Of a stretch of DNA of 64,000 nucleotides, positions 47,956 through 58,970 are shown in pieces. The notes under the pieces were generated by a model that was not told the DNA's origin, made no database searches, and saw only the letters and a program-made list of their open reading frames with translations. Numbering within the stretch: position 1 is the first letter of the stretch; each line of letters begins with the position of its first letter. The stretch comes from Gekko japonicus (lineage: Eukaryota): positions 1,197,502-1,261,501 of the forward strand of contig NW_015169783.1 in the NCBI RefSeq assembly GCF_001447785.1, in the 5' to 3' direction. Both the position numbers and the translations under genes were made by a program.

Positions 47956-50576
47956 TTATTTTTTGTTAGAACCATTTTTTACAGACCCACATCCCAACCG
48001 GAGTTCAGCCAACAGCCCCCCACCTCCCCCTCCCCCTGCCTCCACCAGACCCAGCAAGTAGCTGTTCAGGGAAGGCAGAAGCTTCCAGTTGTCCGTTCGG
48101 ATGCTCACTCGGGCGGCGTCTTTCACGTGCTGCACTCGCAGCAGGATGTGGTACTGCGGCGGCAGAGCCATGCCGATTTCGTACGAGCCCAGCTGTTCAG
48201 CTAGAATGTACCTGGCGAAATGATCCTGCACCAATTGCCCCAGGGATTGAGGGGCCACAGGCCAGCAGGTGAGGCTTTCAGCACAAGTCCCGTTGCTGTC
48301 CGGGTGAAGCTGGTGCCAAAGAGCACCAAAGAGTTGGCGTCGCTTCTCAGGGGGCCAGGCAGGCAGCGTCAGGGGCAAGAAGAGATCGGGGAAAGCTACT
48401 TCCAACGGCTCCAGCTGGCCGCAGTGGGTAAGGCCCTTCTGCGTTGTATACACAGCAAAGACGTTGACACGCGTGGGGTAGGGACAACGTGGCTGCAGCG
48501 TCAGGGTCACAGTCTGGGGTGGGTGGCCTGCCGAGAGGCAGGGCACACACAGTTCTGGCATGGCCTCATAATGCCGGTCAGAGCACGCGAAACGCAGCAC
48601 CACACAGAGCAGGAGGTCGCTGGGGGGACCCGCGTGGACCAGCCGGTACGTCAAATTCAGCTGCGAGGGGGGCCGCACCTCCAGCAACCACCGGCAATAG
48701 CTGTCCACGTCTTCCTCCGAGTGGGGGGCCGGAGGCACTTCACTGCCATGCCCTACCCTCTCCAACCGCATGGGGGCTCGCTCAGCCGGGTGCACCGTCA
48801 GGGAAGCCACAAAGCTCTCGCTATCGGCCACAAAGGAGGAGGAGAGCGTCCGGGCCTTGACGGGGCCCTGTGGGGCCAGCACAGCCCCGAGTTTCTCATC
48901 GGAGAGGCTGGCCAGCAGGGTATAGTAGAACCGAGCCCGGTCTCGGACGTCGACATCCACGTGGCAGAGGGAGATGGCCTGCAGGAGGTCGGCCAGCTGG
49001 TACGGAGCAGGCAGCGGCTGGAGTTGCATCAAATTGCGGCAGACGCTCAGGAGGATTTGTCCCGAGCGCCAGTCGCCTAGCTGGTCCAAGGCCACCAAGC
49101 GTCTCAGGAACTGCATGGTGCTCCTCTGGGGGATGTCCTTCTCCTTTGCCAACCTGGCCAAGACTTTGAGATGCCAGCTCAGCTCCTTCTCTTGTGAGGG
49201 TAACCCCACAATCAGCTCTTGCAAGGCGTGAGCCAATGAACCGGCCCACCCAGGCTCCTCCGGCACCGCCCACGCTTCATCCAAGAGGTTGATAACATTT
49301 GGCGCCAGAGCACAGTTCTGACGATAGAGATCCAAGAGGCAGCGGGTCAGCTCGGCCATGGGCTGCGCCCGGGAGCCAAAGTACCGGGAAAAAAGGAACG
49401 CTGCTCGGAAAAAGAGCCGGGAGGCCTCCTGCCCACCTTTCCCGGCCACCAGTCCCCCAAGAGCAAGCACGTGCTCCAAGAGGTAGCCCACCCCTTGTTC
49501 GGCAGCAGGCCCCTCACTCTCCATGCACACCAGGCACAGCAAGTTCAGCCGGGCCAAGATGGTGCCCTGATCCTGGAAGAGCCCGGGGAAAAGGCCGGAA
49601 ATTGTGTGAGGCGTGAGCAAAACTGGCAGGCCCTCCTCCGTGCCCGAGCCCAGCGGCCGGTTCTCAGGGAAATGCAAGAGGCAATCCAGATGGAAAAGTT
49701 TCACCGGAGTGGGCAAGGCCGGGTGCTGGGCCATGCCCACCAGGCGGCGAAGCAAGAAAGCCTCATCTTCGGCAGTGAAGAGGCTGTCCGTGAAGAGGGA
49801 CTTGAGTTGCAGGATAGCGTGCAGCAGCGCCACGTCGGCTGTGCCAAAGAGGCGCACCAGCTGGGCTTTGAAGATGGCGGGAGACTCACGGCTTGGGCCA
49901 AGTACCACAGGAGGTGGCTTTGAGCGGCGGGGGACAGAAGATAAGAGCTGTCCAACAGAGCCGAGACCACCGACTTCAGCTCCTTGAGGTCCCCGGAGGA
50001 GGGCATCAGGAGCAGCTGGTCGATAGTCGCCAAGGAGAGGTCACCCAGCTCCTTCGTAGCCCCCCAGACCAGACCCTCGCTGCCGGCCAGAAGCTCCCCC
50101 AGGGTTCCCTGCCCACCCCGTGCAAGTAGCAAGATGGCGTTCCGCAGAGCCAAGCTATAGAGCAAGGTGTAACCCTGATGGGCCAGGGAGGCTTCCTGCT
50201 GCTGCAAGGAACGCAGGGTCTCCAAGCGCCGCGACAGCAAGCCAGGGTGGCAACACTCCACCTCTCTCAGGCACTCACAAGCGGCCACCCGTACGGGCCT
50301 TTCAGCAGACCCCCCATGCCGGTCGTTGAGGTCCGAAGCCAGGTGGAACAGCAGGGAGAGGTACTCGTGGGCGGTCGGGCAGCCCTCGCTGAAGGCCTCC
50401 GTGGCCAGCAGCACAGTCCCCATTGCAAAGAGCAGGTGGCAACGCAGAGACAGCACTTTGGGCGAGGAACCCAGCTGGGCAAAAAGGGACAGCAAGGATG
50501 CCGTGGCTTCTTGCCCAACCTTGGCATCTGGGCACAACAGCGTGGGATATTCCAAGAGGAGCGACAACATGGAGAC
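47956..50576 (-). CDS. AP5B1: AP5B1 large last exon (frameshifted near 49885)
   Basis: 2621 nt (not a multiple of 3); homologous protein switches frame at GCC GTG AGT CT CCC GCC ATC. Confidence 0.9.
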
Positions 50577-53500
50577 CTGCAAGAGGGAAATATAGCTGCT
50601 GTCAGGGAGAGCCAGCCAGAGGGCACTGGGGAGCTGATGAGCCAGGTCCGGTTTCCCTTAACGCCTGCCCTGCTAGGTTCCACCTCCACTCCTGCACAAC
50701 CCCTCCCCACACTGTGACTTCCCAAAAACTGGATTGGCTATCTTCAGATATTAATCTCAAATCCATTATTGTTTATTTTACAACAGGGTTTTTCTTTCAA
50801 GGCAGCATGTCTTAAAAACACAAAACCAGGCTAAGCCTTTTAGAAAATTTATTTATTTATTTATCCATTCACTTTATACCCCACCCTCCCCGCGAACGGG
50901 CTCAGGGCGGCTTACAGCAGTGGCCCACTTGCCAATAAAACCCAATAAAATTTCAAATCAGCTGGAGAAACCCCAGGCCACAAACTGACTTGTGTCAAAG
51001 TGAGATTGGCTTTGACAAGGAGCAGGTCCCTCTCAGCTGTGCAATCAATGGATAACTGCAGTGCAATCCTAAGAAGGCTTTCCTGGGAGTAAGTCCCACA
51101 GTGAACACACCTGAGTAGGATTCTGGGCAGACCTGCTTCAGATGGCGCTCTTTGATCAGCACCCTCTCAGATGGCTAAACACACACAAGGCTCCGATGCA
51201 ACATATCACACTGACTCAGCTGCCCCTTTGTGGCTGGAGACGCCCTATTTTATTTATTTATTAAATTTATACCCTGCCCTACCCCGCAAGCCGGCTCAGG
51301 GCGGCTTACATAATTTCTCTGCTCCCTTGGGTTTGATATTGTTTATATTTTATAGTGATCGTTTTCAATTGTTATTATCTGGGTTTTTAAAAAAAGAATT
51401 CTCAGTGAGTTTTAAAAAAGCATTGTAAGATTGTCTTTGAATATTAACTACTGACTCCTGTTATATCTATATGTTCTGATGGAAAACAAGTCCAGTAATT
51501 TGCCTTGTGTTATAATATTTGAAAAATTAATAAAAATTTATTTTAAAAAAACATTGTAAGCAACTCTGGAATCTCAAATGAAAAGCGGAACAAACGGTTT
51601 TACAAATAAACATCAATGCTATTTCTATAAATAAATTATTTAAAGCAGAACTTACAATTAATTTTTTTAGCTGTCACCCATTGTATAGTAGAAGCAGTAG
51701 TGAGAATATTTTCTGGTGAGAAGAACTGGACTCTGATCAAATTTTGATTCTGGTTCACCATTTATATACCAATGAAAGCTTGTGGTTCTAACCTTTAAAC
51801 AGGCACTTTCCTGCTTATGATTGTTACTGAGTTTTAGCATCATCCGTTATTCCCATTTCACAGAGTGGGAGATTGAGGGGAGGGCACTGACAGAAGACCT
51901 TGCCTGAACATCTCCCAAATCAAAATCCAGTTTTCTAGTCACAAGGTCAAACTTATTCTCAGACTTTTCTGGGATATGCATTCACAGAATCCAACATTTT
52001 TTTAAAAACAGAAGACTTACAATAATGAATTATTTGAGTTTAGGTTTTGGGGGCCCCACATGCTTAGCTACAAAGATGGAATAGGTATCAAGCATACTTG
52101 GGTATCAAATACTCTACAAAGTTTAGTGTAGATCAAGATGGGAAGCTGTGTTAGTCTGTCTGTAGCAGTAGAAAAGAGCAAGAGTCCAGTAGCACCGTAA
52201 AGACTAACAAAATGTGTGGCAGGGGAGGAGCTATGTGACAGAATCCTGAGGGGACGGAGAAGAGTGTACAGATTACAGGGGACACACCCTTTCTGAATGC
52301 TCCCTCATGTAAAAGACTCCCTGCAAGTAAAAAAAAAATAATAATAATAAACTATCACAGCAGGGACAGAGGTTCTAGTCCAGCCTGCTCTGTACCAGTA
52401 TTTTATTGTGAGAAGTTTTTGTTTACAGATTCAGAAATGTTATTTCCCCTCCACTCCACATTTTGAAGTGGAACAATCCGTTCTACAGCCTCATTTCTAA
52501 CCTTTCTAAAGAGCCTGGGACATTGTACACGGTTCTCTCCTCCCTCACATTGATTCTCACAACGAACCTATGAGGTAACTCAGAGGGCTGCGAGAGAAAA
52601 CTGAGAGTGGTAGGCCCAAGGGCATCCGGCTTCATGACTGAGAAAGGGATATAAACCCAAGTAGAGACGTAAAATTCCCAAAAATTTTGAAGCTCGGAAA
52701 AACCCAGAATTTTTTGGAAAAATTGGAAAACAAGCTACATTAGCACTTCTTTTTTCTTTTCCAGATTGAAAGTCATTCTGTTACTTTAGGAACATAAAAT
52801 ATGACTATGGACATTGTTACTTGGCATGAAATGATCACAACTAGCATATTAAAAATATAGTGTATCCAAACAATTACAAACAGAATACCCACCCACATGC
52901 AAAAACAAAACTGAAACCTTTTTCTTTTCTTGTGACAATAGCAACCTCCTAAAGGAAAAAAATGCATTTTGTTCTTGCATTGGAGAGTTCAGTTTATAAT
53001 CTAGGACTTGCTTGTCCTCAGTGCACAGAAATTAGATTAATCTGATACTATACATATTTTTTAGAAATGATTTGGAAAATATTTGAACACCTTATCCTAA
53101 AATATTTTATTCATCATGTTAAAATAAAACATTCCATAATCAATTTTCTTTTCTTTTTTCAATTTTTCCATTTTTTTGCAAAAAAACAAAAAAGCTTCAG
53201 AAAAAACCGGGGGAGGGACTTTTCCCCCTGAATTTTTCCGGTTTTTTCCCAGGCCTTCACATCTCTAAACCCAAGTGCCCCCAAATCATTTTCACCCATG
53301 CCAAAGCTACAAGACAATCACTTCTCACATTTCCCAGCTTTTCCATACTTTTCTCAGCACAGACTAGCACCTCTCCACACACACACACACTCGGTCTCTG
53401 CACATGCAGCTGCCTGTTGATGAAGAGGCTATTATATGACGGAATGTTCACAAACATTCTTAATAGCTGAGACAGAAAGGTTCCAGTACCACAACAACAA

Positions 53501-54011
53501 CATGGCTGTTGTGAGGGAAGTGCATGGATAGTTTGATTGGGGTAAGAAAAAAATCATTCAGAGACTAAAATGGAGATTGCATTTTAGGGAGACTGGGAAA
53601 AGCAAAGTTATGGACAGGAGAGCTAAGAAGGTGATGGAACCTCATACCAGTGGGATGAATTGTCAAGGCAGCATTAGCAGAGGGAACCACCCCCACACCT
53701 TCCAATTCCTGTTGTTTTAACAGAGTATGTCTTGCTTTTTCCACAACAATCCTAAACGTACAACTTGGCCCTTCAAGCTGCTGGAGCGAGGGCCATGATC
53801 TCACCACACACCCTTCTCTGCATCCACTCTAAAAAGTAATGAGTCTCCCCCTCCATACCTTGATCTGCTCCCCCAGACTTTCATTGTGCAGATCCTGCAA
53901 CAGTTCAGCTACAAAGGCATCGCTGGCCCCATAGGCAGAGAGGAAGGCTGTGGGGCACAAACGGAAAGAGGCGACAGCGCTGGTCCAGCCCTCTGCATTC
54001 CTTGGGCTCAT
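47956..54011 (-). CDS. AP5B1: AP-5 complex subunit beta-1; two coding exons, the second with a frameshift near 49885 in this sequence
   Basis: Exon 54011-53859 (MSPRNAEGWTSAVASFRLCPTAFL...LLQDLHNESLGEQIK|gtatgg). Exon 50576-47956 begins cag|VSMLSLLLEYPTLLCPDA, contains ACECLREVE, FKAQLVRLFGT, DVRDRARFYYTLL, IRTDNWKLL. It is split between ORFs 49701-50582 and 47956-49908. Same position as in human, next to RNASEH2C. Confidence 0.93.
52662..53267. mobile_element. hAT non-autonomous element family C (AP5B1 intron)
   Basis: TIR TAGAGACGT / ACATCTCTA; 8-bp TSD aacccaag; AT-rich interior with GGAAAA subterminal repeats. Confidence 0.85.
53859..54011 (-). CDS. AP5B1: AP5B1 first coding exon (51 aa)
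   Basis: caccATGAGC start; resembles human MGPLSRDAWAQRLGAFRASPSAF...SEQTK; donor AAG|gtatgg; splice acceptor ttcgcag 16 nt upstream of the ATG (exon starts 54027). Confidence 0.9.
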
Positions 54012-54167
54012 GGTGAAGACAGTAAGACTGCGAAATAGAAACGAAAAGAGGATATTGAAGACATCGACTGATGCTGGATCTTATGCCCTCATCCCCAACG
54101 TGCTTTGTAGTGATACTGGGATGGCTCTTTTTATGCCTGAACGTCTCTTGCCTTGAAAACCCTATAG

Positions 54168-54695
54168 AAGGGATCCCCAACCTTTTTGAGCCTATGGGCA
54201 CCTTTGGAATTCTGACAGAGTGGTGGACAGACCCACAAAATGGCTGCTTTAGGAGGCGGAGCCAGCCACAAAATGGCTGCTGCATAGGGTTGCCAAATCT
54301 TCTTCCCCCCGCGGCGGGGGAGCGTCGCCGCGGTCCGGGAGTCGGGCGGATGTGCGCCGGAAGTGACGGGCGACGTGCTGACGTTGGGGGCGTAGCTGAG
54401 CTTGTCGGAGGGGAAAACCATATGGTTTTCCCCTCCGACCCGCCCCCCGGCCCGATTTGGCAACCCTACTGCTGCAGCTTACCTTCAGTCACACAGTGAA
54501 GATCCTTGTGCTGTGGAGACAGCTGCTGCCAAAGCAATATTTTTACACCCAATCAAATTTCCAATGGCCAATCAGAAGTCTTGCTGGGCAAAAGCCCCAC
54601 CCAGCCCTGCCTGCTTTCTGAAAACACTTGGTGGGCACCAGGAAAGATGTTGGTGGGCACCATGGAATCCACAGGCCCTGCTTTAGGGACCCTTG
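54168..54695 (+). mobile_element. Older hAT (Charlie-like) MITE; inverted related copy at ~24995-25317
   Basis: GGGATCCCCAACCTTTTTGAGCC start; CAAAATGGCTGC internal repeats; homologous to the reverse complement of ~24995-25317. Confidence 0.65.
54285..54468. mobile_element. CpG-rich hAT MITE family D nested in an older MITE
   Basis: TIR TAGGGTTGCCAAATC / GATTTGGCAACCCTA; 8-bp TSD ctgctgca; internal 36-bp palindrome 54404-54439. Confidence 0.9.
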
Positions 54696-54977
54696 TCCTA
54701 TGTGGTTGGCTGCAACTTGATGGCACTTTCCACCCGCCACCTCCCACATTTCTATCTTACCCTGCTTTAGCAGCCCTTAATAGATAGCAATGTATTATTT
54801 GGGGGGACTGTGGAACCACTCCAGTGAGGTAGGCATTGTCTTGACAGCCAACATGAGGCAGTGGTTAGAGTCTCAGACCAGGAACCAGGACAACCAGGTT
54901 CAAACCTTCACTCTCCCATGGAAGCTCTCTGGGTGACACTGGGCCTGTCACAATCTCTCAGCCTAACCTACCTTACA

Positions 54978-55271
54978 AGAAGAAGAAGAAGAAGAAGAGA
55001 CTGCATTTATACCCCGCCCTTCACTCCCCAAAGGTGTCTCAGAGTGGCTTACAAACCCCTTTCCCTTCCCCTCCCCACAACAGACACCCTGTGAGGGAGG
55101 TGGGGCTGAGAGAGCTCTTGACAGAAACGGTTCTTTTTCAAGAACAGCTCTTATCAGAACTACGGCTTGCCCAAGGTCATCCAGCCAGGTGCAAGTGGAG
55201 GAGTGGGGAATCAAACCCGGTTCTCCCAGATTAGAGTCCACACACTTAACCACTACACCGAACTGGCTCTC
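54978..55271 (-). mobile_element. Young Squam3-like SINE inserted in an older plus-strand SINE (~54850-55380)
   Basis: (GAA)n tail on plus strand; close copy of 12-296; flanking older SINE halves. Confidence 0.82.
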
Positions 55272-56224
55272 ACACCAAACTGGTTACAAGGTGGTTGTTG
55301 TGAAGATACGGTGGAGGAGGGGAGAATAACGTAATAGACCGCTCTGTATTCCATTTAGGGAGAAAAGTGGGATATAAGTTATAAAAAATTCTTAGGAGTC
55401 CTTAGGAAATTCCCTCATGGAAGACAGCCCAAAACTGAAGCCCCCATGGTCTAACATAATATACCTCTAAGTGCCCATTGCAGAGAATCAAACAACAGGA
55501 TCTACTTTTAGGACTCCAAGTGACCACCAGTTGGCCATTGCTGGAAACAAGAATGCTGGGGTATTTATTTCGTTTAAATATAAAGGCCCTATCTTAAAAG
55601 CAGATTACATTAATAAGAATCAGTTTAAAACACTTCATCAATTATTATCACATGCGTTGCCATAAAATGCAACAGAATGTTAAAAACCAGAAGAACAGCC
55701 ACAGAAACAAGCCAATAAAAGCACAGGGATGCCAGCCTCCAGGTGGGGCCTGGGGATCTCCCGCTTTTACAACTCATCTCCAGCTGACAGGGATCAGCTC
55801 CCCTGTAGAAAATGGCTGCTTTGAAGGGGGGACTCTATGGCATTGTACCATGCTGAGGTCTCTCCCCTCCCCAAACCCCACCCTCTCCTGGATCCACCCC
55901 CAAAGTCTCCAGGTATTTTCCAAACCAGACCTGGCAAACCTATAAAAGCAGCAGAGTTTGAAAGTAGATCAGTTAAGCATTATGCCGTATTACAGCAACA
56001 TAAACAAAGGTCAACCCAGAAGCTCACCCCAGCAGAACTGTGTTAAGCAAACTCCAGAAGCCCAAATGGCACCGTGCCTAGCAAGCCTCATTCATTGGAC
56101 AACCTTGGTGCCACCACCAAGAAGGCACTGCCCCATTAAGGCATCCACCAAACCTCTAAAGACTGTGGAACCACAAACAAAGTCTGTCCAGATGACCTGT
56201 GCACAGAGGGACATTCATGCCATA

Positions 56225-56730
56225 GATTCACACAGTTAAGGGCTTGAATGGGGGAAACCAGCACTTTGAACCGGGCCTGAAAACAAGCTGGGAGCCAACA
56301 AAGACACACCCCAATCACATTGTGCAGTAGGCTCAAGATGGACTGTCAGCTGGGTAGCTGCATTTTGATGTGGTTTCCAAGAATATTTCAAAGGCAGCCT
56401 CACACAAAGTGTGCTACATTAGTCCAGCCTGGAACTCACCAGGCCATGTCTAACTGTGGCCAGACCAGGCTTCAACAGGAAAGCCAGCAAATATCAGCCT
56501 AAGCTGATAAAAGGCACTCTTGGTCACTGCTGTCACCAATTCAGGACAATCAAATACCCCAGGGGCATGCCAGATACCCATCTGATACAGGTTGTGCATA
56601 GTTTCCAGGATCATATCTCCTCTGCCCACCTTTGTCTTGTCAGCATTAGGCTTTTTACCCTCATCCAGCCCATTCTGATTTCAGGGACTGGTCTCTTTGG
56701 GATCCATTGAAACAGAGAAGTGGAGCAGCA
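56225..56730 (-). mobile_element. Decayed L2-like LINE RT fragment
   Basis: Minus-strand remnant L.WLP..FQARFKVL typical of L2/CR1-clade C-termini. Confidence 0.55.
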
Positions 56731-57354
56731 CCCACATACTGACAACACCATGCCTCAGACCTCCAGATCAGACCTAGGCAGAGATGCTCCGCTCCATTTT
56801 AACAGTATTACCTGCCTACAGAATCTATATAAATCTAGCAGCTGCACACTGCAGCCTCCCTTTGGAGTTCTTTTGCTGGATAAAGGCGGTTTGTAGGTCA
56901 GCAAGAGAGTCGGGGCTCTGACTGGGATAGCTGGATCTTGTCAGATCTCAGAAGCTAAGCATCATCGGACCCCGTTAGTATTTGGAGAGGAGACCACCAA
57001 GGAGTACCAGGGTTGCTACACGGAGGCAGGCAATGCCAAACCACCTCTGAACGTCTCTTGCCTCAAAAACCACATGAGGTGCCATAAGTCAGCGGCAACT
57101 TGACAGCAATTATTTTTTTAAGAGTCAGTTTAGATGGAATAAGTCTGCATAGGATTCCTTCCTCTGCGGGTAGCCTGGATTTACCTCCCCCGCCCCCCGC
57201 TGTCCCCACCACCACCAGGGTAATTTTAATTTTGTTGGTTTCAGAAGGATATTTTCAGTACTGTTTTATTGTTGTGATCTGCTTAAACTGTACCCCAGTT
57301 ATCCGGGAGAAAGGTGGGCTTATATATGCTTCAATATATATGCTTATATATGCT

Positions 57355-57695
57355 GAGAGCCAGTTTGGTGTAGTGGTGAAGTGTGTGGACTCTAATCTGG
57401 GAGAACCGGGTTTGATTCCCCACTCCTCCACTCGCAGCTGCTGGATGACCTTGGGCAAGCCATTGTTCTGTCAAGAGCTGTTCTCTCTCAGCCCCACCTA
57501 CTTCCCAGGTGTCTGTTGTGGGGAGGGGAAGGGAAAGGAGTTTGTAAACAGCGCTGACTCCAAGTGAAGGGTGGGGTATAAATCCAATCTCTTCTTCTTC
57601 TCTTCTCTCAAGAACAGTTCTCTCAGAGCTCTCTCCATTCCACCTACCTCACAGGGTGTCTGTTGTGGGAATCCAATCTCTTCTTCTTCTTCTTC
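57355..57695 (+). mobile_element. Squam3-like SINE with duplicated 3' part
   Basis: GAGAGCCAGTTTGGTGTAGTGG start; two (CTT)n tails at ~57590 and ~57680. Confidence 0.8.
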
Positions 57696-58388
57696 AAATA
57701 AATAAAGACTGCTCCAATTCAAACGACAGAACCTTGTGGCAACTCATGATTTGACTGGGCATCAGCTTTCATGAGTCAGAGCCCAGACGCTGAACTGGAA
57801 TTGAATCACAACACGCGATTTCATTTGCAAAACAAAGGCAAGAGATTCGGCCCTCACAGAACTTGATGCATTTAAGCAAGAGGAGTGAGATTGCGTTATC
57901 AACAAAGACTCGGATTGCAAAGGGCCTCTCCTTCATCCTATTTAAATTCCACTCGATAACGTCAAGCCTCGAACATCTTGCATCTCACGCTGAGCTATTC
58001 ACAACTTGGAAATCTATGTTTGCCCAACTGGTCTTTTCCCTGCGATGGCCGGACGGCCTCCTAGCACAAGCAACGGGATGGGCGGGGGGTTCTAGAGGTC
58101 CCATAGACGTGCCGGCAGGATTGCCACATACGCACCGTCATGTTCTGGAAAAACGTGTGATGGACGGGGTCGGGGAAGAACTTGGGTCAACCCAAAACGT
58201 GAGAATCTTCTGTGCTGAAACGAAAAACAAGGTATTTGGAGTTGTGTAATGAAAGGGGGTGGAATTCTGTTGGGCCTGAGTTCCCGTGCATGGGGCCAGA
58301 GAGAAACACAAAACAAACCGGGGCCCGTACCAACCCCACTCCATAGCCCTTGGCGAAAATGCAAGGCATTTCTCCCTGCCCCACGTAC

Positions 58389-58700
58389 CTCCCTACCCGC
58401 CCAGTCGCCTCCGGCTTCGACCCCGACTTCCTTTGGCCGCAGCTCAGCTGATCTCCGATCCTTCCTAACAAACCAGCGCTTCCTGCTTCCCTTTGCGACG
58501 ATTTCAGCGGCCGCCACTAGAGGGACACCGAGCAGCGGGCCAACGTGCCGGTCCTTCCCACACCAGCATCCCGGCCTAAGTCCCAGCGGTGAGTTAATGA
58601 AGTGCTGGAGCTCCCGGTTGCCCGAAGCCATTGCCTGCAACGCCTCTTCTCCAAATGGGGGAGGGGGGGGGGGAGAGAAGCGAGGCACCCTGCACGTGCT
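58389..58700 (-). promoter_or_regulatory. Probable AP5B1 CpG promoter and non-coding exon 1
   Basis: CpG-rich block; donor-like GAG|gtacgt at 58389/58388 on minus strand; the first coding exon is preceded by a strong acceptor, implying an upstream exon. Confidence 0.55.
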
Positions 58701-58970
58701 CTGAGATTATTTGTTTTCGGGGAAAGTGCATACTTTTGAACATATGCCACAGTCTATCCTATTGAATATGGTAAAACAATTTAAACCTACAGTTAAAACA
58801 GTGCCAACTGAATCCCTACAAGCCTAGCTGAATTACAGTGCTATCCTAGGATGGCGCTGTAAGGTCTTATCACCTGTCCCCAAAAGAGAGCCCAGAGAAG
58901 AACACCAAGAGAAAGTTCCATAACTCCAGACCCTCCACAGGAAAGTCCCTGCTCCAGTCCTAAGACAGAC

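Noticed and set aside
48220-50717. Several 100-290 aa plus-strand ORFs
   Set aside because: Antisense or alternate frames of the GC-rich AP5B1 exon.
58092-58704. 198-aa and 151-aa ORFs in the CpG block
   Set aside because: Low-complexity products expected from GC-rich promoter DNA; no recognisable domain.
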